Source: Podarcis cretensis | Taxonomy: Eukaryota | Assembly: GCA_951804945.1 (NCBI GenBank) | Contig: OX638150.1 | Coordinates: 49,290,001-49,354,000 of the forward strand | Reading direction: 5' to 3' | Length of the DNA stretch: 64,000 nt | In this document: piece after piece, positions 46,201 to 61,200 of the stretch | Layout: the number at the start of each line of letters is the position of its first letter | How positions within the stretch are numbered: position 1 is the stretch's first letter | The notes under the pieces: generated by a model | Told to the model about the DNA's origin: nothing | The model's database searches: none | The model's input: only the letters and a program-made list of their open reading frames with translations | Position numbers and translations under genes: made by a program

Positions 46201-49200
46201 AGCAAATTATGATATAGCACAAGATAAAAGTTGAAGATCCTAATAGGTTGGCTGAAGCCTAGGGACATACCTGAAATCTTTGAGCCAAATCATTTATTTA
46301 TTTATTTGCACCAGGTTTTTTAACCACACTTTCATTTAAGCACCCATGAGGCATCTCACAACACCAGAGTATAAATCACAAAAGTAAAAATACAACCGTG
46401 ACAATAAAAACGTAGGCATAACAGCAACAGCAGTATGATAAGACATCTTTGTGCACAGGTAGAACACCACAGCCTCTAAGGAAAAAAATGCCTGCCTAAA
46501 ATGGAGTACATTAGAACCAGTACTTTGATTGGATCAAGTCATGCCCTTCTGCAAATGGAAGGTCTTCCTGTTTTCATAAGGGATTCTGATCTAGCTGTGC
46601 CTCTTTCAGAGCTATTTTGCAGCTCTATAGCTGTGTATCTTCTAGTTCAGCTTTACCCTATTACTAACCGGCATCCCTTTATTCCTGCAGTGCCTAAGTT
46701 CCAGCTGACATCTGACTGTGTGCCTTTGTTTTTTACATTTAACAACCACTTCTTAAGTTGCTTTGTTCCCTTTGGTTTTTCCCCATTGACTCTGCCCATT
46801 AGGCTTATCCCCACATGACATTGAATGTAGCTGTAAGTACAAATGATTGTGTGAAAGAGCGTAGACTTGATTTGTACAGCTCAGTTATTGTGTACACAGA
46901 CACTACATTTGTTGAATTTAACACATGAGCACCCCTTTTCATTTCCCGTTTTCTTCTTCTCTTATGTGCCGATTTAAATATTTCCCTTTCCCCTCCCTTC
47001 ACTGACTAGCATTGGCATGAACATCCTGGTTTGTTTAAACTTGGATTCCCCTCAGTTTAGATGAAACAGTGAGCTCAGGTTTAATGTCAGGATAATTTAG
47101 GATCTGAGTGACATTTCAGTTTTTCAGCTTGACTGCTGATCACAAGAGGATATGTGTACCATGTGTTGTATTAAAGAGAAGATTCACAAATGGATCTTAG
47201 GCTACATGTTCCATCAACATGATTAGCAATCACGTGGTTAGCAAAAAAAATTAAATATGAAGCAGGATATGATGGTCACTGCAACACTCTGGGAGAGAAG
47301 GTTTAAGACTCCTCTCTCCAGCTGCAATCTCAGCAAAACCACCCCACTACATGGTAATAAGCATTAGGAAAAAATGCTCAGTGGCACCAAGGCTTCAGCT
47401 ACCTATCCTCTCAGGCTGTGGTGCTGATCAGAATTGTGGTCTCCTTCACTGGCCTGGTATTTAATTTTTAAGAACCTAGCGTGTGACTGCTAATCCTCCT
47501 GTGTAACTGAATGTGTTGTTAGGCCACCAGACCCACAGGTTGTAGACAGAACCATGACAAAGATACTTTAATACATAAACTCCTCTTGAGCCTCGTAGGT
47601 ATTATAAAATATTATATGAATGGAGATGCTACCTTGAATGTTTGTACTTTGGTGAAGTCAATGGTTCCTTTAGATGGAGACTACTTCTCCATTTTCTCCA
47701 GTATTATCTCTTCCAGCTAGCAGTGGCTTTGAGGCCTCAGGCAGAGCTCTTTCAAATAACTGGCTTTTTGAAACATTTAGCAAGAGATGGCTCTGGCTGA
47801 ATCTGCATAGCTGTCAACTTTTCCCTTTTCTTGCGAGGAATCCTATTTGGAATAAGGGAATTTCCCTTTAAAAAAGGGAAACGTTGACAGCTATGTGAAT
47901 CTGGGACCTTCTGCTTGCAAAGCTTGTGCTCTACCACGCAGTCAAAGAAAAAGCTGGTGTATGGAACCAACACTTGAGTCAGGCATTAAGAAATAGTTGA
48001 GGATGAAGAAAATAGGTGGACGTTCATTTGCAGTGGACAGGACTCTATGAGCAACCCTGGTAATGTGTGAACTTGATCTGATGCCCTTCAGATGTTTTGG
48101 CTGGCTGGAGCTACTGGGAGTTGTAGTCTAAAACATCTGGAAGGCCCCAGGCTGGGAAAAGTGGCAAATGGTTAATAATTTAACTCCGTACATAGTAGTT
48201 GCAGCTACATGAGAATAAAACTCACTAGAGTTTTATTCCAGAACCTCTATATATCAACCTTCTTTCGGTCCTTTTAATTTGTCATAGAAGAAATGTTCGG
48301 TACAATATAACAAATGTGCTTTCCCCCTTCTTCTTCCATTAGGGAATATTTCCAAAATCTTTTATCCACATCAAAGAACTTTCTGTTGAGAAAAAAAGGT
48401 ATTTCATTGAGATAATTCTTTTGAGGTATATGTCAGCGGATGGGAGTATTATAGCTAAAATCCCCCATGTGATTGATGCTGAACAGCTTGGCGAAATAAT
48501 TTCTGTAACTAATGCTTGAAAGGGTCCTTTGCCAAGAGTGATCCTTATCGTCTGATGGGAAAAGCTAGAATGTGCACACCCAGTAGCTGATAGGCAAAAG
48601 ATTTGTAAAGTGCCCTTTCCTAATGACAAGGAGGGTGAGGGGTGCTTGTGGGTGGTGTTGTCAGTCAGGTAACAGTCTGGCATAGTAGGACCCTGGACTG
48701 TTCCAAGTTTGCAACTTGATTCAGTGTTATCTGCAACCAGGGCTGGCCCACCTATGAGGCAAGGTGAAGTAACTGCCTCAAGTGGCAGGATCCACAGGGG
48801 CAGCAGATCCAACCGCCAAGAAATGCCCGCTGTTGCTGCCACTACACTACCCCCTTGATCCCAATGTGGAACTTTACCCCCTCCCCCCATTCCCCCCTTC
48901 TTCTTTGAAAGGTTGGAGATGCCATTTTGTTGTTTATTTCAGGTGTCAAAATTATTATTATTTATTAAATGTGTATACCACCATTCATTTGTAGATCTCA
49001 GGGTGGTTCACGGCATAAAAATACAAGAAAGTGTCTCCGAGACTTATGTCCCTCTTAGCCGGACTAACCCCCTTTGCTTCTGCCTCCTTCCTGAAGAATG
49101 GAGAGCCTTAAAGGGGTAGTCTTTTGGTCTGGAGCCTAATACTCCACCTCCTTCCTGTCAGTTCCCTCTGGTGTGCTGTGCTGGCACGAGTGAGGTCCTT

Positions 49201-52200
49201 GGTGTAGAGGGACTTTCTCACAGAGGAAATCAGCCTGGCCTGAGTTTGTGTGTGGCTGTTTTCGGGGGCTTCTAGTTCAGGAATGTGAGGTTTAAGAGGC
49301 TCCAAGCTGATTGGCTCAGCCTTGGTGTTAGGCCTGGGTCCATCTGTGCCCATCTAGCACCCCCTGTGTATTTTACCATTGATCCTTCTGATCTGGCTGA
49401 CCGTTCCTTCTCTGGGCTGGATTCTGGGCTGCTGATCAGGGTGGGAATCATGCCATTAAACCACTGTTTATCCTTTTGTTCAGAAATGCAGAAAATGTAA
49501 TACCTGCTGAGATTCCTTTGGTGCAAGAGGTTACCTGCACACTTTGGGAATGGGGCAATATCTGGAAACAGCTTTATGTGGTAAGCAATCCCTCTCATAG
49601 GTCTATTACTTCAAGTATTTTAAACAAAAAGTACCTCAGATGAATAAAATTATTGATTGCAGGCAAAGAAGACGTTAACAGGGTTAGGTGCTATGTTAGC
49701 CATATTGTGTAGGCTTAATTATGGATATGCCAGGTGTTTAAGACAGTGTTTTGTCTTTCATTTCATGAAAAGAACACTCTTTTGAAAGAGACTATAAAGA
49801 ATCAATCCCTTCATTGAAGAGTTTGCTCTTTTGTTAAAAGCCTGCCAGTATAATTCCACTTTGAGTTTTATGCTCTTTCAGTCTCTGACTGACCTTTAAT
49901 ACGCAATGCAGGAATGTGCTCACAGTAGGAGGTTGAAGGCACCTGTAATTCAGAACCTACTACTTTTTGCTTATGGGGAAAAGCTGCTATTATATATTTC
50001 TAAACAACTTGTCTATTTTTAATGTGTTCCGACAGCCTACCTAATTCAAAGAAAGGGACTTTTGTGTGCCAAAGGACAGCACTACTGCACAGTGTATTTA
50101 AACCTTAACTGGAAGTGCCATTATTATAAATAGCCTCTCTATACTGCGGGTTTTAGTTGCCACAATTAGCACATCTGGTGAAAGCAGTGTGACTCAGTGG
50201 CTATAGCACTCTGTCAAAGGCACAAATAAGAAACCTAAAAGCTTTTTTCCCCTCTTCTAGCTGAATTTCACCAAATAAAAGATCCATCACACACAAAGCC
50301 AAATTTGGGGGGGGGGGGAATCATTGCAGTGGGTGTGGTACTGCAGGGGATCCCATGTTCCACTTAGGCCATGCAATACTATTTCTTCCCTTGGTGTGGT
50401 GAGGTGTGACCTAGCCCACCTTTTTCTGATTGGCAAGCTTGGCATGATGGGGTTTAAGCTGTGCTGAGTGTAAGGGCGGAATAGGAACCTAGGAAGTGGC
50501 CTTACAGTGAGTCAGGCCAAAAGCCCATCTAGCTTAGCATTGTCAGCACTGACTTGTAGTGACCATTCAGGGCTTCAGGCATGGAGTCCTTCCGAACCCC
50601 AGCTGGGGAAGCCAGGGATTCAGCTGGAGACCTGTGTATGCAAAGCAGATGCTCTACCAGTGAGCTGTGACCCTTCCCTGTGGGCTACACCCACAATCCT
50701 GGGGAAACAGGCTTGCCCTTGTTACCTCCAATTTTCGCTGTTGTATCCCATCTCTCTGTCACCCTGTAGCATGAATAATATGCACCAAGCCTTTGTAAAA
50801 ATGGTAACATTGGTTTTATATGCACTGATTGGTTTTGTAGCTTTCGAAAGTAGGATAGTTTTGCTTTAATACCAGAGCAAAGATCCTTATTTTTCTGCAG
50901 TCCAATAATTGTTTAATCCCTGGAATAAAAGAAAATAGTATTTGAAATTTCAGATAAGTTGACAACTGAAATGTGTTATGTGTTTCAGGCAAACAAGAAG
51001 GACCGGTTTCGACAAGTACAATCTATGATGTGCGAGTTAATGGAGTGGAGGTCTCAGCTTCTCTCAGGCACACTGCCCAAAGATGAGCTCAAAGAACTGA
51101 AGCAAAAAGTCACTTCCAAAATTGACTATGGCAACAAGTAAGTTCTCTAGTTCTGGCTTACGGCTACTGATACAGTTCAAGTCAGTGCTGCAAGCTGGGA
51201 TATTTCAGAAATGTTAACAATGATTGAGTTGGGTTTACTATTGCTTTCAAAAATGAACTCATAAAATCATAGTGATGTCATATTGTTCTAGGCAGGCATT
51301 TTTTTATTTAGATGTGTTTGTGTTTAATTTTAAAGTGTTTTCATTCTTAAGATTTTTCACAAGGCCCATCAACCAGTATATATAAATTTGAACACCTGAT
51401 GTGCTGTATTGTTTCATGGGGATGTAGACATTTTAAAAGTGATTCCTAAATGCATATTAAAGGATAACATATTTAAATATCTAAAGACAAGCATGAGCTT
51501 CAGATTATTTAAATGCTAAGTGACTTGGAAAGGTATGCTTCTATAAGGTGGTTGATATGAGCTCTAAAAAACAAATAAGGTTACTGATGTTATTTCCTCT
51601 TTATGCTTACAGGATACTAGAGCTAGATCTGATAGTTAGAGATGAAGATGGGAATATCTTGGATCCAGAGAAGACCAGTGTCATCAGCCTCTTTCATGCT
51701 CATGCTGAAGCTACTAACAAAATCACAGAACGGATTAAAGAGGAGATGGTATGAAGTTTACACACCCATTTCTGTGTTTTCAAGTAGAAGTTTCCTTTCT
51801 CATAGTAGGAAGGTTATTACATGAGAACCTTATCGTTTACTGGTTTTAGCCAGTGAAAGCTTTTTCATCACCAGATTGTGTACATTGAGAATGTTTTGTA
51901 TAAAGTGCCGTTACTATGTACTGTATTGTTAATCTTTTATTTAAGTTTTCAGCTGCAAAGGATACCCCAAGTAGCACAGAACACTGTTACAGAGACAAAA
52001 GAGAATTCAAAGTCTGATGTGGTGACAAATAAGATTTCAAAAAGTTAGGTGCTTATCTCTCGCTTCCTGCTCTCCAAGATCATTCCTTTTAGCCAGCCAA
52101 GTAGCCTTATTTTGCATTTGGAACTTACTTGATCATCTGTTGGTGTGTTAAAAAGCTTCAGTCCTCTTGAAGCAATAGCTTTCCAGGCTCATTATTACAG

Positions 52201-55200
52201 AAGCAGCAATTGCACCATCTAAACTTTGACACTTGGATAAGTAAGCAGTATATAAATAGCAGAAATAAAATAAACAATGACAAAGTCAGGTCTATTCTTG
52301 CAGCCTAGTTCCACAGTGACATGCTGTGCTACTTCTGTTCTTTATAACCCAGGATTAAGCTGCCAGTGCATCTCACTCTCCTTGAGAAGACAAACTTGGT
52401 GAGCTTATCTGTAGCTGGGTGGATAGAAGTCATTATCTACTGTAAGGTTTGATCCCACCCTTTGAATTAGTGCTTAACTTGTGTGGAAATACCTTTTAAT
52501 ACCCTCAGATAGTTATTTAATGTCATTAATAAGTAACAAAGACTGAGCATCATTTAAAAAATCAAGTGCACAATAAATGCCACATTGATAATCTGATAGT
52601 GCGTCATAAATTATTGTATAACCAGCAAATACAATGCAAAATATCTGTTCTATTGAAAATGCACTGCTGGTTATCTGTAAGTATTTGTAAGTATGTTGGA
52701 CTTGGAAATTATATGGTGCCCGGTGACCTGCTTCCACTGATGAAGACCTCTGTCAGAGGAACAGAAAGGGAGACCATCTCCAGTTTTTCATCACGTCCCC
52801 CCCTAGCAACCCCTCCAAATCTATTATGGAGGATTGAGGGGACCTTCTGGAGCAGGGAATTGCCACCCTCCTTGCTCCACTAATGGATGTTTTGCACTGG
52901 AGGAGGGACACCCATTGGGTGCCACCCATTGGATTCTCAAAATATTCACAAAAGCAGTGCATCAATTCTTGAATTTGAAAGCAAAGGTTAAATCTGCACC
53001 TAATAAATATAGTGGTTCAAGTTGTGTACTGTGGCCAAAATGATGCATTACTGTGAAACCTAACACAGAGGAGGAGGCAGGTTCTAGGTGTAGTTTGGAT
53101 AACGTTATCTTCTTATGATTTGCTCATATACAGTCAAAGGATGAATCTGATTATGGGACCTACTCCAGAAGCTCTTCATCACCCACTCACAGCCTTTACG
53201 TTTTCGTGAGGAATTTTGTCTGCAGAATAGGAGAAGATGCAGAACTTTTCATGTCACTCTATGATCCCCAGAAGCAGACAGTTATAAGGTATGCTGCTGT
53301 TTTGCTGGTGTGAGGTGTCAATCTTCCTTGCCAAGCTGACAAGTGTTTTTAGGATAAATGTGTGACGTCTAAGAATGATCTCTTGAAAATGAAAACACAC
53401 ACACATTTCCACAGCTTAAAGAGATTGCAAATTGTCAGGTACTTTAAATAGACTTTCACACTATCAATGAGAATCTTTGCAATTGTAATTTCAGTGTTCA
53501 TTAGGTGTTTTGGAACCCTAAGGGAGAGAACAGTAAAAGAATTGAAGACAGAATGAATATTCATACTATAAAAGAGAAGGGAAAAAGATAGAACAGAAAA
53601 GGAAAAAACCCAAAATGTCTACAATTAACCATTTTAAGTAGCTCTGGGAGGAAGAACAATATAAAATAAGCAATAAATAAATTATATTAGTATGGAATTC
53701 AATTGCATGATAAGCATGTTCCAAAATGTTAAGGAACGAGGTAATAGTTATTTATTACATATCTTTAAATGTGCAAAAATAAACTGAACAATGGAGCTTA
53801 GGTGAATGTACACTGAGTACATTGAGAAGCTTCAAATGACTCTGGTGGCTTGCAGCATTTGAACTTATCCATGCTAGTGAATTCTTTGACAGGAGATTTG
53901 GAAGGTTTAGTCGAAGTAGTATACCAACCTAAAATACAGAGCCAGTAAGACAGCATGATATCTTGGAAACCACCATTCTTTATTGCTTAGATCCAGACTT
54001 TGCTCCTGCTGACTGGAGCATCTCCTAAGTGGAGCTGTGCTTGGGGGAAACCAGGCTATGAATCCAGGAACTGACCAGGATTGTTTCCTCTGAACCCTTG
54101 TGCATTCTTCTTTGAATTTGATCTCATTTTTGCACCCTTATTACTTTGGAAGTATTTCCAAGAAAGTGGCCTTTGAACCCCTTCTTAGTCTAAGATCCTG
54201 TGAATACTTAGCTAGAAATAAACTCCACTGAAGTTAACAGTATTTATGTCTCAGCAGCCATGTGTAGGATAGGACTAGAAGGAAGATACTTTTATGTCTC
54301 AAAACCATTAATGGGGCCTTAGCTGCTTATCCATTATAGTGCAGACACAATATATTTTCCAACCTTATTTCTTGCTTAATTATCTAGACACCAGCCTTCA
54401 TGGCATGCCATTATTTTGTCTTTAGAATGTGCTTGTCAAAAGCAAAGAATGGGGTATATATCTGAATAAGAGTCAATTTGTAGAAGTGGCATTGTCAGGT
54501 GTTCAGATTTGTGCAGAGCAATGTGTATTATATAATGCTATTCGCCAATTATGTTTTGTGAAGCTATTAGATGACCCAGTCATAGAGAGTATAACATGAT
54601 GTGTTCTTTTTAAACAGTGAAAATTACTTGGTGAGATGGGGGAGCAAAGGTTTTGTGAAAGAAATCGACAATTTCAACAATCTGAAGGTGGTTTTCACTG
54701 TGAGTAGCTTGTATCTTCACTATAGTACTTAACTGCCAGTGGCATTTTTCTGGAAAGCTTATCGAATCAAGCATTTTTCAAATTTTGTCACATCTCCAGG
54801 ATGTTCTGCTCTATATTTTAAAAACTGTTAGATTTTCAGGAGACAGGATAGAGTTTAGTCCTGATAGGTGGTCTGACTTAATATACCTAATATATGCAGA
54901 ACTGTATGTGGCCCAGGTTGAGAGATGTCTTAGTCTGCAGCCCTATACAAATTTACCTGGAAGAAAATGAAAAATGTATAGGATCGTACTGTCAGTATGC
55001 TCATCAGCACAATGATAGACACATGACTATGTTTCTGAAAAATTCTTCAGTGTATTATCAGAAAACTAATGCTAAAATAATAAACAGCAACATTTCTTAG
55101 CCAGGATACATAGAGGAAACATTTCCATGCATCTGGAATATTAGTTCCAAGTCTAAATCCTTGGGGGTCTATGCTGTATTAAACTGCTTTGAATTCAACT

Positions 55201-58200
55201 TTGCTTTCAGCTCCATTTGCACTCTTCATCTCTTTCAGGATGAATAATATGCCATTGTATTTTGCTTACATTAGATACATGACCTAGTAGAATAGATGCT
55301 GGTCAGGACTCAGCAGTAATTGACCCGTATGATATTAGCTTGTTCGTAGCTATATTTGGCAGAAGTTAATACTGTAGTACAGGGAAAATACCTCTATTAA
55401 TCTTGTAGACAGATGTTACACTAAACAGAAGAGGTGATTGAAATCACTGAGACATACAATTCCTATTCTGATTACTCAAGGACATCAGTAAATTATTGCT
55501 TATGCATATCACCCAGGGAAGAAAAAAAACCCCTTATTTGTCACCAAGGGACCAATAATATTTTCCCCCCTCCAATACAAGCTTAATGAACTTGTGGCTG
55601 TTCAGTTTAATCATGTTTAATTTTAGAAAAAGCAGAATGCATAGAAAACTCAAGGCCAGTCAGCAAAACCTGTGAATACTCTTGTTCCAGGAAGCTTCTC
55701 TCTTAGAACCAGACACTCTGCAAGATTTCAAGACTACTTCTTGAATTCCCCACACCACCCTCCCCAGTTTAAAAAGCAGCTGGGGGATTGGGCTTGTGAA
55801 TTTTTGAAAGGGACATTTCTATTTATCTCCTTAGTTTTCTTATCAAACTCTTGAAACAAATCCTCAACTACAGTTTAACTTTGGATGAGTTTAAAAATCG
55901 GGGTGTTGTTGTTTTTTTTTTTTTTTTTTTTTTTTTGCAGGGGGCAGGGGTTGAGGGTGGCATGTAAAACCTCCAGCTCAGAGCAAATGAAAAGTTGAGT
56001 ATGAGGATTGCATCTGCAGTCTTTTAGGTTGCGACCCTAATATGCTTACAAAATAGTGTGTGAATGAATTGTATATAAAGACTTCTGAAAATTCACCTTC
56101 ATTTTCAGAACTCAGAGAGATCAATACATTCGGTTCCTTCTCTCTCACACACCCCACATGCCCTGTTAGAAAGGTCAAACTGATTCTGATGTAGCTCGTC
56201 ATTTGCTTCAGTGAACTTGAAAGTATTTTGAAAGTGTTGGATCAAATTGGGTGAAGGTCTGCTGATTGATTGATCATGCAGTGACTTATTTCTCAAGGTG
56301 CTTCACTGACTTCACTTAGCTTCTTGCTTTGAAGTTGATGCATACTTTGAATCCAGATTTCATGTCAGTCAAATCCAGTTTTATGAACTGATATTTTCCT
56401 TTAAATGAAAGAATTTCCTTTCCATTATGGACATATTCTTGCACCACTCTTTGTACCTATACATTATAAATCTCTACATGGTATGGAATTTCATTGTGAC
56501 TCTTGTAATTGGTCTTTGATTTCACAAATATCAGGATCTTGGAAACAAGGATCTCGGAAGAGAAAAAATTTATTTGATTTGCCAGATTGTACGGGTTGGA
56601 AGAATGGATCTTAAAGACAGTAATACAAGAAAATATACCCAGGGCATAAGACGACCTTTTGGAGTGGCAGGTAAGAAAATACTTGGACATGATCCAAAGA
56701 GGGTTGCATGGTCTTCCTCAGGTACACTGCGGCTTTTAAACTACTTTTTGTCTTTTAAAGCCCCGACCCCTAAAAAGCTGCCTCTGAAAGTTGTGGATCC
56801 TCTAAAGGGGCATTGTATTATGCATAAAGGGCTGCCAATGGATGTGAAAATTGGCAACATTGTTCCTCCCCACCCTGTATGTGGGAAGATACGTGGGGCT
56901 GTAACTGGCTGTCATATTCAGCATACACCCATTGAAATGTTTCAGTGGGTCTACTCTAAGTTTGTCATAGTTTGTCATAGGCATACAACCACTGGTGTAA
57001 GGTGTCTCTGGATCATGACTCTGCCCCCCCTTTAATGATGGTAGGTCAACATGAGTCAGTGTGATGCAGCAGCAAAAAACCCTAATGCTATTCTAGACTG
57101 CATCAACAGAAGTCTAGTCTCCAGCTCAAGGGAAGTAATAATACCACTCTGTTCTGCCTTGGTGTTAAATTGTGATGCCCAGAACTGGGCACAGTATTCC
57201 AGGTATGGTAACACCTGGAATACTGTGTCCAGTTCTGGGCATCACAATTTAACAAGCTGGAACTTGTGCAGAGGAGGGCAGCCTAGATGATCAGGGGCCT
57301 AGAAACTAAACCTTATAAGGAGCACTTGAAGGAACTGTGTATGTTTAGCATGGAAAATAGAAGAATGAGAGGAAATATGATAGCCATCTTCAGATATCTT
57401 AAGGGCTGTCACATGGAGAAGGGAGCATGCTTGTTTTCTCCTGCTCTGGAGGGCAGGATTAGAACCAATGGCTTCAAGTTGCAAGAAAGGAGATTCCTAC
57501 TGAACATCAGGAGGAACTTTCTAACAGTAAGAGCTATTCAGCTGTGGAACAGACTCCCATGAGACTCTCCTTCCCTTGGAGGTTTTTAAACGGCGGTTGG
57601 ATGGTCATCTGTCATGGATGCTCTAGCTGAGATTCCCGCATTGCAGGGGGTTGGACTAGATGAGCCGTGGGTCACTTCCAACTCTATGATTCTATGAAAG
57701 AGTCTAGAACTGAAGAAATAACTGAAGTTAATACTGGACATTAAACATGGAGTTATAACTGCTCTGCTCGTGGAATGCTCATAAGCGAAACTAAGAAAGT
57801 GGCTACCTAAATTTGATCAGGGTGGTGTTGTTAGGTGAATGTGTTCTTTGAAGCTCTTAAGTGAACATTCACTTCAAAAAAGTCCACAAAACTACAGTAG
57901 TATGGGCAGGATTGTGGCAGAGAAATGGAAATTTGTGCATGGCCTTTTGTTGGAGATATGTACGTGGCATGAGATCTCCTGGGTGTGGAAAAGTTGTACA
58001 GGATGAAATGCTTTAAACAATTTTTTGGGGGAATACCTCAGCATAGGATGCCACATTGGAGTTTCATAGGGTAACAAAAAGAAACTGTAGGGATGTAATG
58101 CACATAAGCAAAAGCTGAATGCTAATGTATTATTTAAGAATGCGCAACGAATTAGCTGTCTCAGCTTCCTTGAAGTCAAGTTAATTACCATCTACCTAGG

Positions 58201-61200
58201 GCTCTGGTATTTATTGGCTGTTCTTCATTGCTACATGATTAAATTAATTGATGAGGCAGGAATCGGAGGCAAATAATTTAATTATTTTTGTAAGTTCTGA
58301 ATAATTGAGAACACACAAAATGTTTTCCCTGGTTATAGATCAGCATCACAGTAGGAGGAACTTCCTTGGCAGCAAATTGGCCATACTGAAGACTATGTGT
58401 TTTGTTAGATTTGGACAACATTGCAGAGTTTGATATTGTTAGAATGATTAGACTTGGACTACACTAGAAAATGAAACTTGCATTAAAAAAAATATGTGGA
58501 AAAGTAATTACATTTGAAGCTGTTTAGAATGAATTTGCATAATAAGCTTGAGAGCATAATCTGCAGTATAATACTTGTCTACAGTCCAACTTGATGAAAT
58601 TGATGAGGTATTTGATCCTAACAAGAAGAGGAATTGTTTGTCCATTTCTTTCATGCACATTTGGATGGATTTTTTCTTCCCCACCCCCAGTTATGGATAT
58701 TACAGACATCGTAAAGGGAAAAGCAGAAAGCGATGAAGAGAAGCAACATTTCATTCCTTTTCACCCGTAAGAATTTTTTTATTAATTAATTACTTTATTT
58801 TTATTACATGTATATTCCACCTTTCTTCCAAGGAGCTCAAGGTGGCATGCATGCTTCTTCCTCTACATTTTTATCTGCACTACAACACTGTGAGGGAGGT
58901 TAGGTTAGGTTCTACAGGTGTATTTGGCTGGAGTCCCACCACAGAAGCCCTGTGCAAAGCATTCCTTGAGCATGCCCCCTAAGCCCCCAGCCCCAAATTG
59001 GCTAGAGAAAGAATTCCCAGAACAGTGCAGAGGGAGGGAGACCAGGGATCGCTCCTTCTGGCATAGCACAATTTTGAATTCCTCCCATTGTTGCAAATTC
59101 AAGCATTGGGTGGAGGAAATGGAACAAGCATTTGTGCAAACATCCTCCAATTGTGCTTCCTGTTCAGCTTACTGCATGCTTGTATTAATGGTTTGTTTTT
59201 ATAGATATATTTTCCTTCTTCTTTTTCCTCTAGAGTGTCGGAGAATGAGTTCTTGCATAACCTCTTAAGCAAGGTCACAACACTCAAAGGTGATGGACAA
59301 GGTAAAGCATATTGGTGTCTGCTCTTAACCCCCACTCACTTTAACCTAAATAGGATGGCATTATAGACAGACCTTAGGACCAGTTTGCACTTCACCTGGT
59401 GCCAAGTTGAATGCCTTAGCAGGCAAGAATTCTATGATAGGCACTCTTATGTGGGCAGGTATATGTACTTGAGGGACACAGGTGGCGCTAAAGGTTAAAG
59501 CCTCAGCGCCTAGGACTTGCCGATCGAAAGGTCGGCGGTTCGAATCCCTGCGGCGGGGTGCGCTCCCGCTGCTCGGTCCCAGCGCCTGCCAACCTAGCAG
59601 TTCGAAAGCACCTCCGGGTGCAAGTAGATAAATAGGGACCGCTTACTGGCGGGAAGGTAAACGGCGTTTCCGTGTGCGGCTCTGGCTCGCCAGAGCAGCG
59701 ATGTCACGCTGGCCACGTGACCCGGAAGTGTCTCCGGACAGCGCTGGCCCCCGGCCTCTTGAGTGAGATGGGCGCACAACCCCAGAGTCTGTCAAGACTG
59801 GCCCGTATGGGCAGGGGTACCTTTACCTTTTTTATATGTACTTAGATTATGATTTGCTTAGCCACAGCAGCTCACATAGAAGTGCTGGCTCTTACAAATA
59901 GCAGCAAGCTTAAGCTTCTAAGACAGATGTGCTGTCACCTGATGTAAGCGGTGGGGAACTAGATGGCCAGAGGGCTCCCCTTCCTAGTGGACCAAGCTTC
60001 ACAGGTGGGCAAGGTCACCCATCTGTCAGTCACCGGATGGCACAGTGACAGCAGGTCAGCCTTTTTTTGCACAGTGTTAGGGAAGCCCTGATGTCTAGTT
60101 TTCTGTGCACAGTGCTGTGCAAGCTTTGATGATCAGCTGATTGGTACCTGCAACTCCACTATCACCAAGCCAGATCTCTACCTGTTCCACACCTAACATC
60201 TTGTGTGGGGCCGATAGACATGGCTTAGCCAAAATGCCCTCACTGGTCAAATAGAGATGCCTAACAGGCCCTATGAGTTCCTTGCTGGAAAGATGTGGTT
60301 AATGTAACTATGCCCGTAGATTTGTGGCTTGTGAACTAAGGTGTCGTGGTCTCATTGCTGAGGAACAATGTGCAGAGCTCACTGGAGTGGGAGATCAGCC
60401 AAATAGAAGAATCTCTGACATGTACTTGCCTGGAAGCAGAGGCAGCATCCAAAATCAGGTCCAGTCCTAGGGGTGGATGAACAGCAATCCACATAGTCAC
60501 ACGGTCCAGGGGTCAGGGAAACTACAAGCATTGTTACCAGCATCTGAATGCTTCTGGAAGCTCTGCTTAAGAAGGCTGAAGCCAGCTGATTCTCATCAGT
60601 GTCTTCTCCTCTGTGTCCTTGAAGGCTGATCAGCAGCAGGTGGAGTCACTCCGCCTTCTGATTAGCAGGTTAAACTGACTCCTGGCCCATGGCACAAAGT
60701 ACCTCAGCAGGCTTTTCTTAAAATGATAGTCTGCATTGGACTATAAATATTGTCTTCTTTTCTTCTACAGGGCTATGGGTAACTATGAAAATGCTTGTTG
60801 GAGACACTACTCAGATTAGGAAGGACTACCCTCATCTTGTTGACAGAACAACAGTTGTTGCTAGGAAGCTTGGTTTTCCGGAAATAATCATGCCAGGTAT
60901 GAGGTTGTTTGCTTCTGCTTAGAAGCTGGCTATTTTCTTTTTACAAATGAAACCACCCAAAGAAAGTCTGTTCTGAGGTGCTGAAAGCAACAGTAATGTT
61001 TTTACTGGGACTTTTATTTCTCAATTTTCCTATAAATTAGTGGTAATGCCTTAATGGGATTTATGGAACTTCATGCCCTGACTTCCTCTTCTGTTGCAAT
61101 ACTCTGAGACCAGCTTCACCACCCATATTTTTCCTGCTGTGACGTTGCCTGAGGTGGTTCTGCAATTTGGGGTGGGAGGGTGGCACCACAAAGGTGATAA

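Noticed and set aside
48339-48890. 183-aa ORF antisense to DOCK2
   Set aside because: No recognisable domain; it overlaps repeat-like sequence and the antisense strand of exon 4.
49350-49372. CTCF-like motif (CACAGGGGGTGCTAG on the - strand)
   Set aside because: A partial match judged by eye; it needs a PWM score or ChIP data.
56574-57035. 153-aa ORF
   Set aside because: DOCK2 exon 10 plus intron read-through past a strong CAG|GTAAGA donor.
57051-57562. ORFs resembling an active reverse transcriptase gene
   Set aside because: A 5'-truncated, frameshifted CR1 3' end with no RT core.
59471-59560. tRNA-like sequence with A and B boxes
   Set aside because: It is the head of a Sauria SINE, not a tRNA gene.
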